From: Vitrella brassicaformis CCMP3155
Lineage: Eukaryota > Protista > Chromerida
Direction: 5' to 3'
DNA: 64,000 nucleotides
Assembly: GCA_001179505.1 (NCBI GenBank)
Contig: CDMY01000770.1
Location: 62,001-126,000 of the forward strand
The position numbers were made by a program, and so were the translations under genes. Below the pieces are notes generated by a model that saw only the letters and a program-made list of their open reading frames with translations, was not told the DNA's origin and searched no databases. Positions within the stretch are counted from its first letter, which is position 1, and each line of letters opens with the position of its first letter. Of this stretch, positions 21,592 through 33,488 are shown piece after piece.

Positions 21592-22716
21592 ATGCTGCGG
21601 TGGCTTCTCGTGGGTGTGTTGGTCGTATTGTTGAGTGAGAGGGAGAGGAGAGGTGCCGTGGGTCAGTTCACGACAGCCTGCCTCTCGGGCAATACCTTCG
21701 GACCTAGCGCTGAAGCCAGCAAAGACTGCCTGCCACGTGAGCACTCGAGGACAGGCTCCCTCCGTTGATCATTCTCTGTTTTGTGTGTGTTTCCAGCTGT
21801 CAACCCGTTGTTACAACTACCTGGATTTCCAGGCAGTGATAAACCCCTTTCGAGATGTGAACCCAATGCTCTGCTGCCCATCGTTGACCACCCCGAGCGG
21901 GGCAACTTCGGCCAGTGCCTCTACAATGAGAACGCCGAGCTCTTGCTGCAAATCCAACAGGAAATCGCCCTCAATGACAACTTGAATAATAGCAGGAGCT
22001 CAGATACGGCGGGTGACGTGACTGCGTCGGGCGAGAATCAGTCCATTTTGTGCGGGCAGCCCAGCGGCGTCAATCGCACAGACATCACTGATCTGGGAAC
22101 GGCAGCTCTCGGAAGGTACACACACGTGATTGGTCGTGATGGCAACGTCGGTATGCTGTCTGTCTGCCTGTCTGTCAGCTGCCCATCCGATAAGCCCATT
22201 TGTGCCCGCACGAGCGAGTCCCGCTTTTGCTACTGCATCAAGGACGACAGGGGTTTGTTTGGTGAGGCGGCCGAGGTCTCACATGGCGATGTCACCCTCG
22301 CCAAGGGTGTCGTCAGCGGCAAGCCATCGTCCCTGTGCCTCCCTCCTGAGCTGGATCCTTGCTTCAATGCCGTCAACCGCTTCGCCGTGCCCTTCGACTG
22401 TGCGGACAGCCTGCCTGTCGTCGAGAGAAGGGAAGACATTGGACCAGACCCAAGAAACCAGAGTTGGCTGCCGAACGAGCGGTTTCCAGTGCCGCAAGAG
22501 TCGACGTTCGCCCAGCTGGTGCCCGGCACTTATCTGTTTGAAGACGTGCACTCGAATGCCTACCTCGATACCATCAAGAACGTGGGCACCGGTGTGTCGA
22601 GCTGCATGAGGATCCAGGGCAAGAAGAATGATGATAGTGGGTTCGATGACTTCTTCTTGGACCTCTCGTGCGACACGACAGAGGGCGTCAGCGTGACCCT
22701 CCAATTCGACTGCCCC
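21592..22716 (+). CDS. Large secreted beta-rich protein, paralog 3 (5' part, cut by the assembly gap)
   Basis: MLRWLLVGVLVVLLSERERRGAVGQFTTACLSGN..., then LLPIVDHPERGNFGQC and CPSDKPICARTSESRFCYC...GVSVTLQFDCP, followed by Ns. Confidence 0.85.
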
Positions 22717-23016
22717 NNNNNNNNNNNNNNNNNNNNNNNNNNNNNNNNNNNNNNNNNNNNNNNNNNNNNNNNNNNNNNNNNNNNNNNNNNNNNNNNNNNN
22801 NNNNNNNNNNNNNNNNNNNNNNNNNNNNNNNNNNNNNNNNNNNNNNNNNNNNNNNNNNNNNNNNNNNNNNNNNNNNNNNNNNNNNNNNNNNNNNNNNNNN
22901 NNNNNNNNNNNNNNNNNNNNNNNNNNNNNNNNNNNNNNNNNNNNNNNNNNNNNNNNNNNNNNNNNNNNNNNNNNNNNNNNNNNNNNNNNNNNNNNNNNNN
23001 NNNNNNNNNNNNNNNN
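22717..23016. other. Assembly gap (300 N)
   Basis: Run of N. The sequences on either side belong to unrelated genes. Confidence 0.99.
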
Positions 23017-23082
23017 CAGAGAGACCTGTATCTGAATCTGCGTCTGTGCCTGTCTGTGCGTCTGTGTGTCCAATCCCACCAG

Positions 23083-23303
23083 TTCCTGGTGGCGTCACCG
23101 ACTTTGTCGAGTTCGCCTGTTCGAGTGTGAGATCGCTGCTGCAGCTCAAGTGCAAGACGGTGGACCTCCTGCTGCGGGGCCTGGACGCCGACACACGCAG
23201 CCGGCTCGAGTCTGCCGTGCCTTCCCAACTTAGCAGCAGGAAGGGCACGACCATATTGTGCTTGCAGCAAGGCAATAAGCTCGTGATAGCTACAGGTGTG
23301 TAG
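23083..23303 (+). CDS. Terminal exon of an unidentified gene whose upstream part lies in the gap
   Basis: A polypyrimidine tract and cag acceptor at 23080-23082 precede PGGVTDFVEFACSSVRSLLQLKCKTVDLLLRGLDADTRSRLESAVPSQL...NKLVIATGV*. It does not match the paralog 1 or 2 C-termini. Confidence 0.55.
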
Positions 23304-23739
23304 CGGCGTATGGGAATGGGCCAGCATTGATACGTGTGTACAGGGCCCATGGATGGGGTGAGACGGTGGGGATTGAGACGTTGCAGAAGCCCAGCTGGCT
23401 AGCTTGATCCCTGATCCTTGAGCTTGACTGTGTGTTGTGTGTTGGCGGCTGTATGCCAGGCGGGACATATTGGTGGATTGTAGCACAGCACACAGCACAG
23501 ACAGTGGGGGCGTTGTCTGTCTTGTGGGCTGCATGGTGACATTCATGTGCAGCTGCGTACCTGCCTGCTTCAATACGTGTTGATGAGCAGCTATACGCAA
23601 TTGCAATCACCGTTGGTATTCAGATCGATATCAACAGTGTCTATCGCCAAGTCACTAGACAGTGCATTCGTCCACCAACCATCCACATGCGATCGACCAG
23701 CCACATCCATCCATCCATCCACTTCGTCGCCTCACAGCT

Positions 23740-26700
23740 TTAAGCTCGTCTTCTCAGAGTGCGCGTCTGCGTCAGCTCAAATGATGCGCCAGACAGCACC
23801 GCCAGGGCTGCACACAGTGCACCACACACACATATAGATCACCGACATGAACACAGCCGCGTGTGTGTGCCCTGCCCCACGCACGTACCTCTCTTCATGC
23901 TGTCGATCTCATCTGACCGCGCCTTCTGGCGGAAGTCGTAATTGTCCAGCAGAAAGTCACACTGACAGAGCGAGAGAGAGAGAGAGAGAGAGAGAACTGT
24001 CCAGTGTGCTTCTCCTTGTGTTTGGTGCGGTGTCTGTCTGGCCGACCGAGCTGTGCAGTTGGGCCTGATACTCGTGAACGGCCTGAAGCTGCTCCTTGGC
24101 AGCCTTGCGCGCATCCTGGACACATACATGAGAGAGATGTTGACGTGAAGAAGGCGTCAGATGGCCTGAGGCAGAACAGAACAGGTACCTTGCTCTCTTG
24201 AATCATGGCGAGAGACTCTGATCTGGCGGCCTCCTTGTCGACAATCGACTGACATTCAACACAACACAAACACAATACACAGATGGAGAGAGACATCCCT
24301 CCCTCCCTTCATCCATCCACCCCTCTCGTCACCTTTGAGTCTGCGGCCCTTTTGTCCTGTGCGTCGCCAATCATGGTGTCGTAGTCACGCTGCGCCGTCT
24401 CCTCGTCCTTCTTGGCCTCAGCCATCTGACACACACACACACATGGGCACATGTGAGGAAGGAGCCTGGTGTGTCTGGTCGGGTGGTGAGGCCATTACGT
24501 CGACGCCGAGTCCGGAGATCATTTTGGTCATGATGGACATGACGCCGCCCGACTGCTCCGTCTTGGTCTGGTAGGCGTCCCATGTCTCGGGGGGCGGGGG
24601 AGGCGCGTCGACACTGCCGCCTCCACTCTGCACTCACAGAGAGACACGCAGAATGTTTATTGGCTACATATGTGGATTGGATTGAACGTGCCTGGAAGAG
24701 TAGGGGGTAGGCATATGGCGACGGCGGAGAGGTGGTGGGGGCAGCCAACTCAGGATTGTAAAACTGATTCAACCTGCATACACACACACACGAGTCCTCT
24801 CTCTATCTGTCCCTTCACACACACACACACAAGCCCCAAGGCACCTGTCGGCGGCCTTGTTGAGTAGCGCCTTGGCCAGATTGAGTTCGCTCATTTCCTG
24901 TGTAAACTCCTTCTTCTCCTGCTGCCGCTGCTCCGTGGCATCCTTGACCGACTCATCGAGGTCCTTGATCTCCTGCGTGACAGTGGCAATCTCCTCCGTC
25001 AAGACGTCAACCTTCTCCTGAACAGCCGCAGACCGACACGCAGGGAGGGAGGGAGACAGAAAAATGGGCGAATGGGTGCATGACGGGGCGTGTGGTGTGG
25101 TGTGTTGTCTCCTGCCTTCAGCTTGGACAGTTTGGTCTCCAGGTCGGTGATTTGGGTCTCGGTGTCCTGAAAAGGAGACAGGAGAGAGGCGGACTCTTAT
25201 CCGGGCTGTCATGTGATGGGTCTGGTGTGGTGATCCTACGTCTTTCTTGTTTGCGTTCTTGTGGGTTTCGGCCACACACCAGTCCTTCTGCCTGCGGCAC
25301 ACAAGGCAATGGAACGGACGGACAATCATGAGGATGTGTGCGTGTGTGTGGATGGCCATGCTTACTTGTCGTCGGTCTTCTGTTCCTGCCCCAGGACACC
25401 GATCATCTTCTGTATCATCTTCTTGACGCCATCCATATTGATCGCACCTTCACACAGACACAATTACACACACACACACATACACACGGAGAGAGAGGGA
25501 GGGAGGGAGAGAGAGAGAGACAAAGGCCAGGATGTGTTGTGTTTGGGCGCAGGTGCAGTCATGTGTAGCCATACCGACCTGATCGCACCCTCATGGCCAG
25601 GGCGGCCAGCTGTGGTTTCTTGAACTCCTTGGCCGTGTCCATCAGCATCTCATACGCACTCTGCCGGGGGTTGCTGCCCGTCTGCACACAGATGGACCCT
25701 TGGTAGCATCTCCTCGCTCCGCCCACCCATCTGTCGGTCTTGTACGTACCTGTATGAGTGCGGGTGCCTCCTCCTGGTTGGGTGGCGGGAGTGTCTTCTT
25801 AAACAGGTCCAGTGCATCGTCATCGTTGAGAATCTTGATCGTCTCTGGAGGAACGAGGAAAAGGGAAGCATCCGGCAGATCCATCCCAAAGCCCACGCAT
25901 ATTTGTTCTCCTTTCTCGGTGTGCGTACCCGAGATTGCGGCCATCTCCTGTGCACGAACCTTCTGGCGGTCCTCCCTGCGACAGAGGGGCATCCACCCAT
26001 GCCCATACGTCATGTCGATGTGTGTGTGGTAGGCACCTACCATTCGTCAGCTTTGGTCTTGCAGTCGGTGGCCATGTTGGCGACGAACTTCTTGTTCTCC
26101 TCCAGAGACCGCTGCACACACGCGAAACGAGAGCAGAGGCGTGCTGAGTGATTGAGTGGAGGCTATGTATCCTGTCCTCGCCGACCGTGGTGTCCTCAAT
26201 GTCGTCTTCGCTGTCTGCGAGTATCTTGGTTGCGTCCGCCAGCTGCACCTGCTTGCTCTCCACCGCTTTCTCGGCTGCCATAATCTCCTCATTCTTGGCA
26301 GCCGTCAGCTCTGGATGTGCACAGTGTCACACAGAGGGCGGGCGCAGAGAGAGACACACACTGACAGGCGAATGCGGCAGCTTCACCCCATCTCTGGCCG
26401 ACCTTCGAATGCCGCCTTCGCTTCCTCCTCCTGAGAATCGAGACACGAAGGGTTAATGATGTGGTGTGGGCGGGCATCTCTGTCTCTTTCACGTGTGTGA
26501 CGGCTCCATTGAGGTCCTTGTCAAACTCGGCCAGCATCTGCTTCAGTATCCCAAGGATCTCACCTGACTGCACACAGACGACAACAGACACAACAGACAC
26601 AACAAATCAACTGCATAGACACCCTCCTGCATGTGATGTGGTAATGGGGGCCACCCACCTGTGCGGCATATCCGCCCTTCATGTTGGGTTGCTGGATGAA

Positions 26701-27686
26701 GGAGTTGAGCAGCTGACGCTCATCCATCGACAAGTTGCTGCACACACAACGACACGGCCATCAACAGATCCACAACATGACCATGGAGGTCTCTGCTCTC
26801 CTTGTGTGTACCTCATTCGCGTGATGGCGTTGACGCGGCGAAGGGTCTGCGCCACACTCAGGAAGGCGCCACCCATCCCTGCAGCACCAACCAACGAGTT
26901 ATGCTTGCTGGGGCGAGTGGCTGGCTGCCGACCTTTTTCAAGTGCGGGGATCGCCTTCTGCAGTGCTGCAATGCTCTCCTGCAGACGAAGAGAGGACGGA
27001 CAAGGAGAGAGGAAAAGGCGGATCAGCTGCAGGAAACGACCGTACCTTGAGATCTCCCGACTCCTGTGCGAACTCAGCGGCTTCCTTCTCACGAATGGAT
27101 GTCGCCTCTGAGACCGCTTGACGGTCCTGTGCAAAACGCACAGTGCAAAGAAATGATATGAGCACAGATCTATCTCCCTCTCTCTCACCTCTTCGATATC
27201 TTTCTTGTGTTCCTCTATCTCCTGCGTGAGCCGTGTCTTGGCGGCCTGGGCCTCCTTAACGTGACCGCCGAGCTCCCTGCACACACAGAAGGAAGGCATC
27301 CCAACTGTCCTGGCAGTCCATCCCTCTCTGCGTTTCTCCCACTCGAGATGGGTCTCGGCGTCTGCGATCTGTTTTTCCAGCTGGGCAGTGCCCTGCAGCA
27401 CACCCACACAGATCAGATCACCCCTCACAGTGGTAGATCTGGCCACTGACGCCTCCCTTGGCCCGACCTTTTTGCAGTAGCATTCAAACTTGTTGTACAG
27501 CTTCTCCTCCCTCCTGCCTTCCTCCTCGGTCTGCTTCTGCATCTCCTGCAGCAGCCGGACCACCTTGCGGATGGGGTTGTCTCCCAGCCCTGACGCTGAC
27601 GTCAAGCGAAGGCGGCTGCAGTGCGCCGGGGACATGAAGAGACATGCGGAGAGGAGCAAGATCTTCACAGTGAGCAAGGCCTTCAT
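23740..27686 (-). CDS. Secreted long coiled-coil protein of the dinoflagellate/chromerid NPIRKVV family (multi-exon)
   Basis: Signal MKALLTVKILLLSACLFMSPAHC. Recognisable motifs: NPIRKVVRLLQEMQ...EEKLYNKFECYCK, GGYAAQSGEILGILKQM, GVKKMIQKMIGVLGQEQKTDDKQKDWC, PPPPETWDAYQTKTEQSGGVMSIMTKMI and CDFLLDNYDFRQKARSDEIDSMKRALAVLSGA. Confidence 0.85.
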
Positions 27687-27770
27687 TATGATCCCGTCAG
27701 CCTTCAGGGGAAAATCGGCTGCAAAAGGCGAAAAAAGAAGTCGGCCAGGTGGATGGGGGCGAGCTTGTAA

Positions 27771-30700
27771 ATGCCTTCACCACCAGAGATGAGCGATGCC
27801 AAGGAGCTTGACCAGCTGCTGACCCCAGGTCCGTACGAGCAGCTGTACCACAGATGCGAAATCGACGCTCTCATCCGCAAGTGGACATCGCACGCTGGTC
27901 GGACTCCCGGCGACGGGCAGCGCACGCCGCCCTCGCCTTCGCAGCACCTCTATCTGCCGCCCACACCCGGCCCGGCCTCCGCCAACGCCAATGAGCCCGT
28001 CCGCACGACAACACACCGGTCCGTGCTGCCGATATCGGCTGTATTTCTTGCTGAAGAGCTGCTGCGGCAGGTGCTCCAGGGATACGAGGACGTGCCGTTT
28101 GATGAGGTTCGCAAGATGGCAGAGGAGCTCGGGGGATGTGGCGGCGCTGCCGAGGAGCCCGTGCGCCGCACTGCCAGGATGGTCTTTGATGACAGCCTGG
28201 ATGAGAGGGACCTGATGCCGCCGTCGCAGCATGACGACGACGTAGACCAGCCGCCGGGCGATGCGGTGGACCGACATGAAGAAGGTGGTGGGGATGTGGG
28301 AGATGAGGCCGATGAGCTGGGCGGCAGAGCTGAATCGCTAGAGAGTGTCGAACCTTCTTACTCTGACCATCCGGACCATCCGGGAGTGGAGGCTGCGGCG
28401 GGTGGTGGGGCTCCAGCACGCCAGTCTGTATCGCCTCTCCCCCTCAGCCCCTCTCCCTCGCCCTCTCCCTGTCCCCCTTCCCCTGGCGCGCCTCTGGCCA
28501 TCTCTGACGAGCCCTTTGTCCCCTTCACCCAGCTAGATTCCCCTGTTTACGGCTCGCCCTTCGGTGCGGGTGAAGCCGCTCTGCAGCAAGACGAGGTCCT
28601 CGATGGCTTCGACGTGGACGACTCGGACCAAATCGCATACGACGACGACCCCTACTCGACCGAGAGATTCCGCATCGTCGGCGAGTTAGAGGCAGAGGCA
28701 AGAGGGGACGAGATAGAGGAGGAGGAAGAGGAGGTGCATGAGCGATCCCAGGCGGCCAGTGGGTTTTCTGGCGTCTTCAACAACGCCGGTGTCCTTGACA
28801 GCGAACCGCTGGCCTTCATCTCGCCCACCCCCCCAAACCCTGACCGCAGCGGTGGCCCTCCGTCCTTCGGCGCCCCTGCAGTCCCCATCCCTCCCCTCAC
28901 GCCACCCGAGAGCCAGCACCAGCAGGACGATGATTGCGATGAGCTCACAGAGGGAGAGGACAATGGCGACGATGACGGACAGGAAGCCCCCCGGGAGCCA
29001 GCCGAGGACACGCCCAAGTTCGGCGGCTCGGCTGCCACGCCGCATTCACTCACGGATGTGTCAGACGGGGAGGCAGAGGGAGGGCCGCGGGAGCGCCCGC
29101 TCCTGTCCAAGTCGCGGCCTGTGTACCAGCCGCTGCGCATGGGGGCGAGGAAGTCGAGTGCGCCCCGTCGGAAGAACCTGGTGCAGGGGTTTGCGTGTCT
29201 GCGTGAGGGCAAGCCACGGAGGCGCCGTGAGGGGCTTATCGACACATGGAGGGATGGAGAAGGGGAGACGGAACACGGGGATGGGCGGAAGGGTCTTAGG
29301 AAGAAGCTGTTCGGGTGAGTCGATGGAGAGGCAGGATGAACAGACAGTATGAATGCCCTGTCTCTCTTTCCTCTGTTGTCTGCTGCAGTTATCAGGAGGT
29401 GGCCTTGGAGTGGATGATCCAACGTGAGGAGGCGGGGGTGACATACCCGTCGGGGCCCATCGACGAGTGCAGAGACTCGGCTCACTTCTACGCGCACAAT
29501 ATCCGGGGAGGTGTCCTCGCAGACGCGACAGGTGGGTGCATCGCGTCGCCGTCGTTCGTCCATGTGGAGTGTACACGCGTGTGCGTGTGTGTGTGTGTGT
29601 GTGTGTCAGGTCTTGGCAAGACGATAGTGACGATAGCATTGATCGAGCAATGCCAGCAGCCGGGGCCCACTCTCGTAAGCGCTCCACCAGACCATAATGG
29701 CCCGCAATCCGTTTCTTGTCGTCAGGTTGTGTGCCCATCCAACCTGGTTGACCAGTGGGTGTCTGAGGTCCGCAAGTTCGCCCCTCAGCTGACGGTGCGG
29801 TCGCTCAAAGGTCCGTGTTACGGCAAGGACGGAAGAAACCAGCGCGCAACGAGCAGTGTTGGCTTGGCATTGTCTGTGTTGTTATCATCAGGCCCCAAGA
29901 AGCTCCGTCCCGGTGTGACGCAGCTGCAGAGATATGACGTCATAGTGGCCTCCTACAATCAGATCATAGCCAAGGTGAGAGAATAGCAATGCCCGGCCAT
30001 CCATCCCAACACACACACGTGCACATGTCTCCCGGCCGTCACCAGGATCACGACCCTCCCACCGACGTGCCACCCCTCAGCAAGACTCCACACCCAGAGT
30101 ACTCAGCTGACGCGGACTCGGACGATGCCGACCGGCCCCATAAGCCACCACCGCCCGTCACGCCATCCCGCTGGACCAAGAAAAAGACCAACAAGGGCAA
30201 AGGCGGCATACCCATTCCTTGCTCCATCGCAGCCAGCCCCTCCCCTTTGACCCACTCGAGGAAGGTCAAGACCTTCCGCAGGCTGCGGCCGGCCAGTGCG
30301 GTCGACAGGCCACATGAGACCAAGAAGAAGGCCAAGGCCGTCCGCAAGAAGCCCTCGAGCGACAGCAGTGACGACATCGAGGAGTGCGGCAGCAGCGATG
30401 GTGACTCTGAGGGGGCGAGCGACGCGGGGGGCAAGGGGGCGGCGGGGAAGCGGCGGCCTTTCGCTGCCAAGCCCAAGGGCGGCAGGCGGGGTCCCCCCGG
30501 TGTGTCTGTGTTCCACCTGATGGAGTGGCTGCGGGTCGTGCTCGACGAGGCGCACCTCATCTCAAACGCCAGGTGGGTGACCAACACACCAGACCCGAGA
30601 CACAGCACACGCCTCTCTCTCTCCCTCTCTCTCTCTCTCTCTCCCGTCCCTGCGCTCAGGAGCCAGCGTGCCAAGGCGGCGTGCAGCCTGCGGTCTCGCT

Positions 30701-32294
30701 ACCGGTGGGCTCTCACAGCCACGCCCTTCATCGGCTGTGGGGACGGCTGCTGGTCCAGAGGCAAGAAGAAGCGCCCCACGCTGCTGTCTGCGAGGAACGG
30801 CTCGACCGGCTCGCAGGTCTTTTGCCGCGTCAACAGGAGCGTCATGGCGTTTCTGGGGTTCCCGCAGCCGACCAAGGGGACCCCTCCGTGCAACGAGGCG
30901 GATATGTGGCAGATCGTCACTCTGAGACGTAGCAAGAAGGAAGTAGCCGAGTAAGGAGGGAATACACAACAAAATGGCGGCACACGGACAAGTCGGGCAG
31001 CCAGCTGCTTCTTATTGTGTCGTTCGTTCATGTGTGTCAGGTTGATGGATGATGAGGTGGCACTGCCCGACATGGCCTACTCTGTGCAGCTGCTCGACTT
31101 CGCACACCCAGACGAGGCCCAGCTGTACTCCCACATCGAGGAGTGCGCCCTCGCCCGACACACGACACCGCAGCACCAACACCAGCACAGCCCCACCAAA
31201 GACGGCACCCGCCTCAAACACAAGAAGCCACAGCCACCACAGCCACCCTACGTGACCCTCAACCCTCTCGAGTCGCTGCTGCGTCTGCGGCAGGCCTGTC
31301 TCCACCCATCCCTCGTCGACCAATGCAGAGAAGAAGACGAAAAGCCCCCACGGGTGATCCGCATCAGCACACTGGCCCTCAGGCGCATGCTCGAAGAGCA
31401 GAGGGGCCAGCGGAAGGCCTCCGGTGGTGTGGTAGAGACACAAGGGGCGGGGGAGAGGGTGGACGTCAAGAGTGAGGGGTTTGTGAGCAGCAAGGTGGGG
31501 GCGCTGGTGGGCGAGTTGGAGCGGGTGTGGGGGGAGGGGTCGGCGGTGGCCCGCGAGAAGGTGGTCGTCATGTCGCACTTCGCCAGCTTTCTGAAGCTGC
31601 TAGAAAAGAACCTCAACAAGCATTTCGGGTGGGTGGGTGTGTCTGCGTGAGTGCGGGTGTCTCGCCTTGGTAGGTATATCTGTTTTTGTGCGTTGTTTGT
31701 TGGGTGTCAGGTTGGGCGGTTGTGGCGTCTGTGTGCGTCTTGACGGCAGCGTCACCCCCATCGAGCGGCAGCTGAGGCTGCATCGACTCAAGAGAGACAG
31801 GTGACACAGACACGACCCCCATATATGACATGTACACATCTGCCTACCTGTGTGTGTGGGTGCAGTCACATATCGGTGTGTCTCCTATCGACGACGGCCA
31901 ACCTGCAGGGCATCAACCTACAGGTCCACACGCACATTGCGAGACACACACACACACACGTCCATACACCAGGCATGTGTGTGTGGGTGTGATCTATGCA
32001 TCATCAGGCTGCGGGTCGTCTGTATCTCTGTGAGCCATCCCTCGGTGCCGATCGGCTCCAGCAAGCCATCGGCCGACTCGTGCGCATCGGGCAGACACGG
32101 TGACCAAACAACCATCCCACCTGGAGGCCGTGTTGATATGTGTGTGTGTGTGTGTGTGGTGCAGGTCGGTGATTCCTGTAGTCGTGTTCGCCATGCGTGG
32201 CACTGTTGAAGAGCGCATGATGGATGAGGATCCCTTTGGCGAGCGGCAGGCGCAGACCGCCTCGGCAGCAGACAGCGATGACGACTTTCGGTAG
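27771..32294 (+). CDS. SNF2-family ATPase (RAD5/RAD16-like) with a long acidic, Pro-rich N-terminal exon
   Basis: The first exon splices (gtgagt at 29315) into YQEVALEWM. Helicase motifs: GGVLADATGLGKT, TLVVCPSNLVDQW, VVLDEAH, RWALTATP, SSKVGAL...KVVVMSHF, RLDGS, VCLLSTTANLQGINLQ, QAIGRLVRIGQ and RGTVEERM. Confidence 0.85.
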
Positions 32295-32480
32295 ATAGCT
32301 ATAGCTAGTCGCCCGTGTGCAATGTGATCGTGATCGAGAGCTCTCGCGTACATGGACCATTCTTGTACATGAAAGTGCCCATTCCAACACACATCAAGTC
32401 ACCGGAAAGTCACGAAACAACTGACAGACAGACAGACAGACAGACAGAGGGCACCAGGCCTGCCTACATTGTCCGTCCCA

Positions 32481-33402
32481 TCAGATAACGCGCGCTGCCG
32501 CAATTGCGAGCCAGAAGGCAGACATGAGAATCGCCGACAACACATGAATGCGGGCCCACTTCTGCCGCTGGCTGCCTTTCCGCGCATCCAGGTTCAATAT
32601 GAATACGCAGCATCCAATCAGGGGCAGACCGAGCGTCGCCAGGAGCAGACACTGCACACACAGATCCATGCCGTATGCGAAAGAGACATATATACAGACA
32701 GTGAGGGAGACAGAGAAACATGTTCACCTGTATGCAGACGACTGAGCCTTCCTCGACCAGTGCCTCCGGGTGTTTGTCTCCCACTCTGGCCGCCACCGCC
32801 GGATACGGCAACTCCGACCCGTCGCTTTTCAGGAAGACCGACTCTTTTATCCCACCCGTATACAGCCGGAACATGTTGTTCCACCGGCCGCTCAGGGACG
32901 ACCGCACCGGGTGGTTCCTCGCAGCTGTGGACGCGTTCTGAGGCCTGGCCTTGGTTTGGGGCTGGGTCTGCTTGTTCCCTCTGGCTGCCAGCTCTGGGAT
33001 GATGTCCGTGGCGCTGATGCGCGGCGCCTCTGTCCTCTGTGAGGGGGCCGTCATGTTGGATGCTGATGGCTGGTTGCTGTCGTCACCGCTGAACCGGAGC
33101 GAGCGGGAGACGTCGCCGGCGTGTGCCTTCGGTTGGGCAGTGAGCCGCATGCTGCTCGATTCTGCCGTGGGGGTCATCTGCTCTGGTGACACTGTCTGCC
33201 CGTATCCATATCTCTCGTAGATGGACAGAAGAGACGACGGGTGTCGCGGAGGGGAGGGAATGACGAACGCGGCTGTGGCCGACACATTCTCGAGCTTTGG
33301 CTGGTGTGGCTCGTCAGGGCTCACTAGCATTTCATCCTCATCCCCGGATGCAGGGGGCACAACAATGCTCTGCGATGAAGACAGAGGCAGGTTGAACGCC
33401 AT
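32481..33402 (-). CDS. Hypothetical membrane protein: disordered N-terminus and a C-terminal hydrophobic hairpin (2 exons)
   Basis: The ORF from 33402 splices after VVCIQ to CLLLATLGLPLIGCCVFILNLDARKGSQRQKWARIHVLSAILMSAFWLAIAAARVI*. The topology is reminiscent of CD225/dispanin-type proteins. Confidence 0.7.
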
Positions 33403-33488
33403 CGGGGAATGGTCGCCCGTGGCCCCAAAGATGGTCTTCGGGGGGCGCCGGCGCGACCGGTGCCTCTTCCTCCCTCCCCTTCGCAGGC

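Noticed and set aside
22279-23606. ORFs spanning the N run
   Set aside because: They are artefacts of translating Ns; the two sides are unrelated genes.
27771-29318. 515-aa ORF as a stand-alone gene
   Set aside because: A gtgagt donor just before its stop splices in frame to the SNF2 exons, so it is better read as exon 1.
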